Part shown: positions 39,077-50,712 of the stretch, piece by piece
Layout: every line of letters starts with the position of its first letter
How positions within the stretch are numbered: position 1 is the stretch's first letter
Assembly (NCBI RefSeq): GCF_006345805.1
Contig: NC_043015.1
Location: forward strand, 4,030,001 to 4,094,000
Origin: Octopus sinensis
Taxonomy: Eukaryota
Length of the DNA stretch: 64,000 bases
Direction of reading: 5' to 3'
Position numbers and translations under genes: made by a program
The notes under the pieces: model-generated
The model's database searches: none
Told to the model about the DNA's origin: nothing
What the model saw: only the letters and a program-made list of their open reading frames with translations

Positions 39077-40611
39077 CATGTGTATATTGTTCGATGTTCC
39101 GCTATTTCAAACCCCCAAAATTACCGTCATTAATGTTAGTAAGCTTAACTTAATTACGTCACGAATGTGAAGACTTGAATCATTCTATAATATAAATTCG
39201 AGTATTCTTTCATTAATAAAATATATGCAAATCTGCACTTCGACTACGTACCCCATAATATTTCCTAAAATAATAGTATTTTTTAATGAGTATTTAAGTA
39301 GAATCATCAATATTACTAAGTGTTTAATTGAATTTGATTTAAAATGATGTATTATATATGAACAACAATCTCATTACATATGTTTTAAATCTCGGATCAC
39401 GTATAGTATTTAAGCCTTCAAATCTGGTTATGCCTTTACTTGTCGTACAGTATTTTAATATGTCATATATATATATCGGTAGGTGTCTCTATAACATGCA
39501 TAGTTCCGGCTTAACAGTTTCTTTATTCCTTGTTTCAAAATTTTCTATTATATATCAACAACACTGTCATTGTATATATTTTATACAAGCTTATTTTAGA
39601 ATGATGTGAACAAATTACAAACCATTATCATACAATTCAAATATGCTATATAAATAAATTTTGCTTATGTATAAAAGCAGAAATAGAAATGTTAAAACGC
39701 GAGTTTGTGGTGTATCGCAAACTAAACTCTGATACTCTGATCTCAGGAATTACACATATGTTGTACCAAAATATGGCATTAGAGGTACGTTTCGATATGG
39801 AAGATCATGTAGCTTCCTCAGCGTATCATATTGTATTCTGTTTTTGTATTTTATTATTTTTAATGATATGCTTTTAGTTCATGGCCAAATCCGTTATCAT
39901 ATATAATCCTCCTTTGAATGGTATTGTTTTCTCTCTTCCTGTTTATGGATGATTACGGAAGGATTAAAAGAATGAATAAAATGTATTTTTAGCTTTTTTT
40001 TTAATGTTGTTTTTTTTAATAAGGACAATGCTGTTTTATAATCCTCTTGTTAATATTGATGGGTTGTGAGATCTGAGGTAACGTTAATTGACTGCCGAAG
40101 AGATTCTACAGATAAATCTATGAATATTTTAGAGTAATAAAGAAATTGTTCACTTTTTCTGCTTTATTTTTTATATGTTGCCTGCATTTTATATGATTTT
40201 CAAAGGAATGTATAATGCTTGGGTGATTTGTCATTTTGTGAATGTCTGTCAAATACAGATGAAAAATACAGACGATGCAACTCCATGTTATTGATAGCCT
40301 ATGCCATTTAGAAAATGATACATGGAAATCTCAATGCAAAACCCACGTAAAGAAAATCAAATAGATATGTCAATAGGCATTTACATATATTTTCATGCAA
40401 ACCACTGACCCGTGTTTGCACATTTTAAAGCAAAGAAGTTCCAAATGCATTGTTAAATCTACAGGACATAAGAGTACTATTGGCTTCGGCTCCCTAAATA
40501 ATACTGCAGAAACGATTTATTCATGAATATTTAAACTTACTCGATATTACAATATTAAATTTGCATTCGCACACGCACAAACAGAGTTAGGTAAATGCGT
40601 ATGTAAGTTAG

Positions 40612-40651
<40 letters not shown>

Positions 40652-41805
40652 TGATAAATATGTACAGTTGTCATTTCATTGCGGACATTTCAAGCGGCTG
40701 CATTTAATTCATTAATGAGACCATTATATCAATTCTAAAGAAACCGTTCTTTTCAGATGACCGCATAGGCATCAAACATAAAGGAAAGATAAACAATTAT
40801 CATAAATAAATTTACCTCACTAATAGAAACCAGGATAGATGCTTTGTTCCCTGATATTATATCTGTGGCAGAAGCTGTTTAGAAATTAATGCATACCTTC
40901 TTTACTATGTTATAGAGAATAGAAGAAGCGGTGAGTGTCGTGATAATATACATAGAAGATTTTTACGAAGCATGTAGTATTCAACCATTTAGAATTAAAT
41001 CCCTAGTGAACTGTCAACTGTATTCAAGTTGATGTGGATAAATCTATTCAAGTCAGACAATCTACTAGACTCTCGATTTACTGTCACTATATATCTAAGT
41101 TGAGACATATATAAAATAGTATATAGAAGTTTTGCTGGTAAGACAATGACTGTTGGTGAAGTGGTGATCACTGGATGAAGGAAAGGTAGGTGTGGCCAAT
41201 ATTTATTTAGATTGCAGTATAAATGAGAATATAATGAGAAAACAAACGGGATAAGTAATATAAACCTTAGCGGGGGAAATTGGAATTGAAAGATGGAAGA
41301 AGTAGTAATTTAAAACTTTAAAATTTATTTTATTAAATTGAGAATATTTAAATCAATATATCGAATAAGAAGAAGAATTAAAACCTAATAATAGGATACG
41401 ATATATAAAAATAAATAATATCTTTTTTCTTAAGCAAATTATTAAAAAATATCATGAAAGAACATTCCATAATGAAAGTATAACTGAATTAAATTTTCAT
41501 ATGAGTAGAAGTAGACAGTAAATATCAAGGCAATTACAAGAATTATTTACTTCATTACAGAAGGATAAGTATAAAATATAGTAGAATATGGTGTCGCATG
41601 TAAGCACCTAATTACATTGAATCTTAATTATATATATACTCCTTTCAACATATATATACACATATATAGGGATATAAGAGTGGTAATGCCCGTAAATATA
41701 AAGCATACACATCACACTCTCTCAGTGTCTCTCTCACTTTATATATATACACATGCATACATACATACATAAAAACACACACACAAATTTATATATATAT
41801 ATAAT

Positions 41806-42009
41806 GGGAAGCTTTATGAAAATAAACAAAAGACGAAGGCTGGTGGAATGCAAACAAACAATTGTATTAGTATGGCGCTCAGGAATATAAATAAAACAAG
41901 TCTTTCACGTTTCGAGCCTACGCTCTTCAACAGAAAGATACACAGAAAAGAAACACGGAGAGAAAAAAGGAGAGACAAAAAATGCGTGCAGAAGCTAGCG
42001 AATCAACAT
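41806..42009 (-). mobile_element. ~200-bp (TA)n-embedded repeat carrying a minimal hammerhead-like motif (41901-41938)
   Basis: Minus strand: tcttt-CTGTTGAA-GAGC-gtag-GCTC-GAAAC-GTG-aaaga; near-identical inverted copy at 45300-45529. Confidence 0.75.
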
Positions 42010-43003
42010 ATATATATATTGCTGAAAATATGTAGAAAACAAATATAAAATGGGGAAGACAAATGCCTTCGTTTCATATAGTATAATATCTTTTTTAGAA
42101 ATATATACCTGTCGAGAAATCCAACCGGTTTTCGCTATTTAACTTAGCTTTTCGAGGGACATTTTCAGTAATCAAAGCCCGTGACAAAGAGGTCTCGTCA
42201 TTTTGGTTGCTTGAATAATAACAATGAATCAAGAGTGGCAACAGAGCACAGGGAGTACAACTGGCTCCTCAGTATAAATTTTAAATTGGTCATATTTGTA
42301 TATTGAGGTTTGGTCTGTAATTTTGTACGAACCGGTTTTCCTTCTGTAGGCGTTCTTGTATTGAGATTGAGTATATTTTTATATTTCTATATATATATGT
42401 ATATATAGATATATGCATATACACACAAACACACACACGCACATGCATACATACATACATATATATATGTATATATATATATTCGTATAAATTTGTATGC
42501 ATATCAGTGCATATATGAAAACATATACGTGCACCAAATCATGTACAATTATATATTGGCTACACACATACGTACACACACAGCATGTATATATCGATTT
42601 TCAAGCTGCCAGATTATTTTTTTCTACGTAGTGCACTTGCTCCATGGCAACCGTGTGGGTGCCGATATCCACGACAAATCTTGCTGGATAACAAACTTTT
42701 ATGTAACTGATGTCGCAAATATGAAAGAGGCTTTGTAAAAAAAATGAACATTAGCGACGGAATTAATATTAATAAAGAATGACACTATAAGCTACTTAAC
42801 TTGGATGCATTATTAAAACCTCGAATCCTGCGGTATTAATGACAGCTCCTTTCAGTTATCATTCTCTTGTGTAGTTATCATGCACTATAAGGTATCTTTT
42901 GATGCACAATAAATATTTTGTTTGATACATCTATCAGAAGATGTGGAGAAGGTTTATCATTTCCACCATGGTTTATTTGTATACATATACATACATGTAC
43001 GTG

Positions 43004-43036
<33 letters not shown>

Positions 43037-43069
43037 ATGTGTCTGTGTGTGTGTGTATATGTGTGTGTG

Positions 43070-43304
43070 TGGCGTTACATGGCTTAGTTGTTAGGGTGTC
43101 AGCATCATGATCGACCGATTGTGGTTTCGATTTTTGGATAAGGTGACGCGTTGTGTTATTGAGCAATACACTACATTTCACAATGCTCCACTCCATTTAG
43201 CTGGCAAAAATGAGTAACACTGCGATGGACTGGCGTCCCGCCCAGCTGCAGGGTACACATAGGCCATTGAAACCGAGAAACCTGTCTAGGCTTTCAAAGG
43301 GCGC

Positions 43305-43308
<4 letters not shown>
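43070..43308 (+). mobile_element. tRNA-derived SINE, family 3
   Basis: A-box tggcttagttg, B-box ggtttcgatt, ttgagcaatacact, and ctgcgatggactggcgtcccg block. Confidence 0.8.
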
Positions 43309-43343
<35 letters not shown>

Positions 43344-43345
43344 TA

Positions 43346-43397
<52 letters not shown>

Positions 43398-43653
43398 TAT
43401 GAATTTTTGTTTTAATATTCATATGTGTCGATATATATTAATTTATATTAAATTTGTTGGATATTAAACTTTGTTGGACTTTTGGATTTTACTCATAGGA
43501 TATTGGAATATTACAGATATATAACAATTATGCCTATAAACGGATTTACAAATTCTATACCCCTGCATATCTTACATGTACTTCCTTTCCTCCAAAACAC
43601 TCGCTGTTTTGTATCACATCGTAACAACTATGACTTAATTTTTCCTCTTACAC

Positions 43654-43705
43654 GTCTCCGATGAAGAGACGTTATTAATTAAAATCTTGGAAACAGCTGT
43701 AAGAC
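43654..43705 (+). ncRNA. Type I hammerhead motif, U4C variant core
   Basis: Stem I gtct/agac; CCGATGA 43658-43664; stem II gaga/tctt; GAAAC-AGCT-GTA 43690-43701 with palindrome ACAGCTGT. Confidence 0.6.
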
Positions 43706-43807
43706 CTTCTATTCATAAGTGCTCTAATATCTATACAGCCTTGGGTTTTATATCATTACGCACAATTTTCTTTATATATATGTATGTATATGTATATATA
43801 TATATAT

Positions 43808-43875
<68 letters not shown>

Positions 43876-44146
43876 ATGTATATATATATTATGAATTTTT
43901 GTTTTTAATATTCATATGTGTCGATATATATTAATTTATATTAAATTTGTTGGATATTAAACTTTGTTGGACTTTTGGATTTTACTCATAGGATATTGGA
44001 ATATTACAGATATATAACAATTATGCCTATAAACGGATTTACAAATTCTATACCCCTGCATATCTTACATGTACTTCCTTTCCTCCAAAACACTCGCTGT
44101 TTTGTATCACATCGTAACAACTATGACTTAATTTTTCCTCTTACAC

Positions 44147-44198
44147 GTCTCCGATGAAGAGACGTTATTAATTAAAATCTTGGAAACAGCTGTAAGAC
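44147..44198 (+). ncRNA. Type I hammerhead motif, copy 2
   Basis: Identical to 43654-43705. Confidence 0.6.
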
Positions 44199-44279
44199 CT
44201 TCTATTCATAAGTGCTCTAATATCTATACAGCCTTGGGTTTTATATCATTACGCACAATTTTCTTTATATATATGTATG

Positions 44280-44324
<45 letters not shown>

Positions 44325-44642
44325 TATAATATATATATATATGTGTGTGTGTGTGGGTGTGTGTGTGTATGTATATATATATTATGAATTTTTGTTTTTA
44401 ATATTCATATGTGTCGATATATATATTAATTTATATTAAATTTGTTGGATATTAAACTTTGTTGGACTTTTGGATTTTACTCATAGGATATTGGAATATT
44501 ACAGATATATAAAATTATGCCTATTAAACGGATTTACAAATTCTATACCCCTACATATCTTACATGTACTTCCTTTCCTCCAAAACACTCGCTGTTTTGT
44601 ATCACATCGTAACAACCTATGACTTAATTTTTCCTCTTACAC

Positions 44643-44694
44643 GTCTCCGATGAAGAGACGTTATTAATTAAAATCTTGGAAACAGCTGTAAGAC
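44643..44694 (+). ncRNA. Type I hammerhead motif, copy 3
   Basis: Identical to 43654-43705. Confidence 0.6.
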
Positions 44695-44803
44695 CTTCTA
44701 TTCATAAGTGCTCTAATATCTATACAGCCTTGGTGTTTTATATCATTACGCACAATTTTCTTTATATATATGTATGTATATGTATATATATATATAATAT
44801 ATA

Positions 44804-44873
<70 letters not shown>

Positions 44874-45054
44874 TTATATGCATGTATGTGTACGTATTCC
44901 TATATTAGTATATTTGTATAAGTAATGATTTGGAATACTTACGTATTTCAACACCTAAGTTTACTACGTCGCTTGCTGCTTATGTTGTGATTAATTTCGT
45001 CACTCTAATACGCGTCTCTTGCTCATATTCATCTCACCCCAATTTTTCACAGAT

Positions 45055-45235
45055 ATAGGCTCGGGCGTGGCAGTAAAGCAAGAAGGATCCTTCTCAACTA
45101 AACGGTCTAGGTTTCTGTTCCACAGTATGGATAGTTTGGTTAGATATCTTCTACTCTTACCTGTCACTCACCAATGGCTGCTTAGTGGATTTGATAGACG
45201 TAACTTGAAAGTAGAGCGTCGTATGTGTGTGTGTG

Positions 45236-45295
<60 letters not shown>

Positions 45296-45528
45296 CGCCA
45301 TGTTGATTCGCTAGCCTCTGCACGCATTTTTTTCTCTTTTTTATTCTCTCCTTTTTTTCTCTCCTTGTTTCTCTCTGTGTTTCATTTCTGTGTATCTTTC
45401 TGTTGAAGAGCGTAGGCTCGAAACGTAAAATACTTGTTTTATTTATATTCTTGAGCGCCATACTAATACAATTGTTTGTTTGTATTCCACCTGCCTTCGT
45501 CTTTTGTTTATTTTCATAAAGCTTCCCG

Positions 45529-45566
<38 letters not shown>

Positions 45567-45830
45567 GTGTGTGTATGTATGTATGCATGTATGTATATGT
45601 GTGCGTGTATGGCGGGGCGCCCCTGATATATATTTTTTCGTGCTTTGTGTCTCTGTGTTGAAATGTTTACATCACCGTTACTTAAGAATTCGGCAAAAGA
45701 GATTAACAGACTAAATACCAGGCTTAACAGAAGCAAATATATACAGGTGGTGATTCATTCGACTAACAGTTCATCATGGTGGGTCTCCAGCATTGTTGCA
45801 GATTAATGACAGGAACGGCGAAGTTATGAA
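45055..45830 (+). mobile_element. Degenerate family-2 SINE split by an insertion in its internal microsatellite
   Basis: 5' half (..gtggatttgatagacgtaac..cgtcgtat) at 45055-45225; 3' half (tgtttacatc..ttcggcaaaagaga..ctccagcat) at 45660-45830. Confidence 0.65.
45300..45529 (+). mobile_element. (TA)n-embedded repeat with minimal hammerhead-like motif (45392-45433)
   Basis: ttt-CTGTTGAA-GAGC-gtag-GCTC-GAAAC-GTA-aaa; inverted copy of 41806-42009. Confidence 0.75.
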
Positions 45831-47513
45831 ATATTTGTCTATTACATGTATTGAAACTACCTGTAGCTTTTACATTTACTTATTTATAGAATATATATTC
45901 AAATATGTAATATATCATTGCTGTCAGATATATAAGTATCAGTGATATTTTATTACCGAAATGGGTATAATTGCGTAGGTACATCGGATTTTATAGATTG
46001 ATATTCACACTGCGATCATTCATAAAATTTTATTTCCAGCCTGTGTAATAAAGTCTTCAAAAAATATATAGATTAAAGGATTTTAATAGACAGCTCTAAT
46101 TTCGTTTATCATTTATTTAGATTTAAGCACCATAAATAACATCCTGCTTTTATAGCTTTTCTAGACTTTACGGTGGAAACGTGTATTTTGTTGCTGGTAT
46201 TGTTAATGTATAAATAATAAAGCTGTAGAATGTATAGTATAAAGTATGGAATAATTTATATTAGGTTACGTTGAATCTATATGCACTACTCTAGTATGAG
46301 GTCTGTTAAAAGCAAAAGGGTGCAATAAAAATTAGATAACAAAATCGAAGAAATAACTCAAATATTGAGGTGTGAGATTCATTCACACCGTTTAAATTCA
46401 GTAATCTGGAAAATTCGAAGTCATAGAAAATCTTTGACCTGAAACCAACGTCATATTACAGACTTGTTCAACCCATATGATCAATAAATCTTGAACTTAA
46501 TTTAAAAATAACGGAAATTTTTGCCCCTACGCACGTACATACTCGTCACTTGAACAATGTAACTACACACGTACAGTTGGCGATTGCTTTTCCTTCTTAG
46601 GACATTTCCTTTCCTCTTTTCTGATGATGAACTATGGTTTTTAACGTGAAACTCTTTTTACCGATCGTCAAGCTGAAACATTCGTTGTAGAGGTCCTCTT
46701 GTTTTCCGTTAATTTAATTCAAATAAATATTATCATTCGTTTATTTCAATTGACTATATACATATTTATATACCTAAATGTCGAACGATGAAAATGAGAG
46801 CTCAGCACAGCATATAATATGTTTAGTTTTGAACTGTGACTACTATCGTTTGCATGTTAAGAAAAGTAGGAAGATTCCGAGTGGCTTAGCAATTTTTGAA
46901 CTCTATGAAAAGGAGAAAGGTGTTCGCCTCCATTTTGAAAAGAAAGCTCTGTTATTTGTTTCAAGAAGATTCTCGTGATTTTAACTTAATAAAATAAAGA
47001 ATCGACGGACGTTACTTTTGAGTGGAAAGTTTTGGATATTTGTCATCTTGGATTTATCTTCTGGGCAAAGTGATGTTTGGTCAATTTGTCTCCATTATTT
47101 TGGTTTTGTTTGGGGCATGGCGTTGTTATATTTCTGTGCTGAGGTAGTTCCACATTGGAGCTCAATTCTTCTGTGCTTGAAGCTTGCTTACTAGGTGTCT
47201 TCAGATTTCACGTTTAGGGAAGTGGTGGAATATATATATATATATATATATATACCGGAGTAAACACATAAATGTGAAACAAGGTGGAAAAAAAACGTAA
47301 AAAACTTCCCGATGAACGGCAACGGGAAACTCAGAGTAACAGGTTTTGTTGAATTTTCTGCTGCTTTAAATAAAGTATATTATATATATACATACATACA
47401 TATGCATATATATAAATCTCTCTATATATATAGATATACATATATATACATATATATATATACACATATATATGTAGATATATACATATACATATTATAT
47501 ATCTGTATGTATA

Positions 47514-47569
<56 letters not shown>

Positions 47570-48149
47570 TGTATATGTAGAATGTATGGAGGTTGAGCTC
47601 TCTCAAACGTATCTCTTATATTTCTTCTATCTACCTCGTCACTTTACGAGATAAATATTAATTATTTTATCTATCTTTAATTTAGTTTGAAGCGTTATCC
47701 CGATGTATCCTCTCATATTGAACTCATTGAAATGGTTCCACTATTCTTGACTACCTACACACCCATAAACACATTGCTAAGAATAACTCTGCATCTACCG
47801 ACCTTAGCCAGGAGCGACATAAGCATTTACTACTATATTTCCTCACCAAACCCTTTAGGCTATAAGAATATAACTGACATCTACTGTTCTCTTTAAATTC
47901 CTTTCATTTTGATATGTCTTGTATACTTTTTTACATTATCTTCCTATACCCCCGGCTCCTCTCTCCTACCTTTTTTACCTACTCTTTCTCTGTCTTATCT
48001 TCTCAGCTAGTTTCGTACAATATATTCTTAGACACTAGAAGCCTATATACCTTACTTTATGCTAAACCTAATCCTTAACTTTCCCCCTCAATCTATCTAC
48101 ATCTCTTTCTATTAAATTACTTTTCTTTCCTCTTACCACTTAATAGCCA

Positions 48150-48525
48150 CCTCTGCCACCATTCTCTTATTGAACATTGATATATTCGCTTTCGTTTTGG
48201 GATGTTTATAATATCAGGACATTAATCCACATGGATCTACGCAGGATTGCACCGAATGACTTATGGACGTTTTTCTACAACATCGGAACTTTGAACTCTG
48301 AACATTTAAGCATCTTTTTTCTTCTCTCTCTTCATCTCCTTATTCTTGGACTCCTGTCATCTTTGTCGCCATTTCATTAATCTATATTTTCATTTTCCTT
48401 ATTTTTCTCTGTTGACGGAATATCCTAGAAACAGTTGTACGGCTTCCAGTTTTTTCCAATGATAATAATGTGTATGATGTGAGATGTTTGCCTTGCCTTA
48501 AAGTTTGTTGTCATCTTTATCAATT
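48150..48525 (+). mobile_element. Diverged relative of the 43.4-kb unit with a decayed hammerhead-like motif
   Basis: CTGTTGA 48409-48415, gg/cc stem, GAAAC-AGTT-GTA 48428-48439, followed by cttcc..ataatgtg..gccttg in the same order as the 43.4-kb unit. Confidence 0.4.
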
Positions 48526-48574
<49 letters not shown>

Positions 48575-48604
48575 TATATATATATATATATATATACTTA
48601 GAAT

Positions 48605-48940
48605 GAAGGCCTCTGGCTTAGTGGTTAGAGCGTCGCTCTCACAGTCATGAGGTAGTGAGTTTCATTATGGAGAGGGCTCTATGTTGTATTCTTGAGCAAG
48701 ACACTTCATTTCATGTTGCTCCAGTTCAATGAGCTGTAGAAATGAATCGCGATTTTTCTGGGTCAACATCTATCGACCTTTGCCCTTCCTTTGTATTACT
48801 TTGTTGTGGAGATCGAAGGCTGTTATACATGGGCGAGAAGCTGTATTCCGTAAACGAATTTGCCAGGACTTCTTATTTGAAGAGGAACATTATAGATGCA
48901 TCCAATGGACATTCATGACCCAAAGGGGGTCTTTACTCTT
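48605..48940 (+). mobile_element. tRNA-derived SINE (family-3-like head)
   Basis: A-box tggcttagtgg; cttgagcaagacacttcatttcatgttgctccagttca is homologous to 43158-43195. Confidence 0.75.
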
Positions 48941-49141
48941 TATATATATATCCTTATATATTTGCATATCTGTCCTCTAACATGAGATAAGTGTGCGTTT
49001 GACGTATACAAATCTATGAATAAATAGACGTGTGTACACGAGCGTGTGGGTCTGAACGGGCGCGTGAAAACTACGTTGCTGTTTGTATCTGTATAGCTAT
49101 TGAAGACTCTTGAAACCTTAGAAATTTCCTATATCTACTTC

Positions 49142-49189
<48 letters not shown>

Positions 49190-49846
49190 TTAGTTTTAAG
49201 TTAAGCATTACAAATAGCTTTATTGTTTCTCTGAAATACTAGTAATATGGAATTAACGTGTTTCGACTTAGTGAAATATTTTAAACGGCAAATATGGAGA
49301 TAAGTATGAAATAAATCAAATGAAACGAAATTGTTCAATGAGAGATGGGAAACTGTATTAGACCCGTAATTTGTCAAGAAATTTATTTAATGTGCACTAA
49401 AATGGATTGCAAAATACAATAAAAATACATTACATAATATCATAATAGGTGCATTGACAAATACCGCAAACTTTGTTTTAACATTTTGATCAAAGTTTCT
49501 GAATGTTAACTATAATATTTGTTATTTCTTAAAATAAAATGTATTTCAAATTTTAAGATAAGCTTCTGTCTCTATTTGTTTACCTTACACCTGTGTTGGT
49601 TACACTCTTAGACAAATGCATATTTTATAAATTGAATACACTTGGTAAAATGCTAGGATAAGCACGTTAAATATTTATCATAATATAAATCTTTAAACAA
49701 TCTTCTCATAGTGTTCTTACATTGATATATCGTTCTCTATATAAATCTACAAGTCAGCCTCAGCATTCTAACCTCTACCTCTATGAAACTTCTTTCTTTC
49801 TTAGTCTCTCTTTCATTCTCTCTCTCTCTCTCCCTCTCACTCTCTT

Positions 49847-49917
<71 letters not shown>

Positions 49918-50266
49918 TAGTGTATATATATACATACACACACATACACACACATACACACTCACACACACATATATATGTTTATTTATGTGGGTGGATA
50001 CATTTGTGTATGTGTGTGTATGTGAGAGAGAGAGAGAGAGATTACTGATACTTCGTTTTATACACCTTATAGCACAAACTGCCGTAAGCTAAATTTCATA
50101 AGACAGCTGTTTCTTTTGTCATCACAAATTTTTATCACCACCCTGTATTAACAGACACTTTTTACTGAAAAAATGTTCATTGAGTTCTAACACCCGGTCA
50201 TTAGCATCGCAACGATTGCATATGCGCATACATATACATCATATATCTATCTATCTATCTGTCTCC

Positions 50267-50341
<75 letters not shown>

Positions 50342-50567
50342 TCAAATAGGTGAATGAATTATTCTATGTTTATCGTCAGCATGGAAAATTCGTTTAACCG
50401 AAACCTGGGTAGCAAATTCACGTCAGAAAACACGGTTGAAGCGACCTTTCAAGGGTAGAAACTACGGGTTCATGTGTAGAAATTTGTGTGTTGTATATGA
50501 ATAAATGAAAGAATGGAGTCGAACGAAGATGTTAACAAAATTCCTTTTCCATTCTTTCATTTATATA

Positions 50568-50617
<50 letters not shown>

Positions 50618-50679
50618 CATGTATGTATATATATATGTATATAGATATATATATATATATATAATATATATATATATAT

Positions 50680-50712
<33 letters not shown>

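Larger units (their letters stand above)
43392..44790 (+). mobile_element. Three head-to-tail ~493-bp units, each with one hammerhead motif, joined by (TA)n(TG)n
   Basis: Near-identical units start at about 43392, 43885 and 44378; the identical 60-aa ORFs at 43482 and 43975 are a by-product; motif spacing is 493 and 496 bp. Confidence 0.85.

Noticed and set aside
43392-44790. Repeats with variable spacers resembling a CRISPR-like array; duplicated 60-aa ORF as a gene
   Set aside because: Eukaryotic context, ~370-bp repeats, spacers are plain microsatellite, no cas genes; the ORF starts at TTG and is frameshifted in copy 3.
50370-50415. GAAAC-NNNN-GTH half-motifs here and at 55655-55685 (-), 61400-61440 (-) and 3710-3735 (+)
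   Set aside because: No CUGANGA-like box or pairing stem I, so they are not counted as hammerheads.
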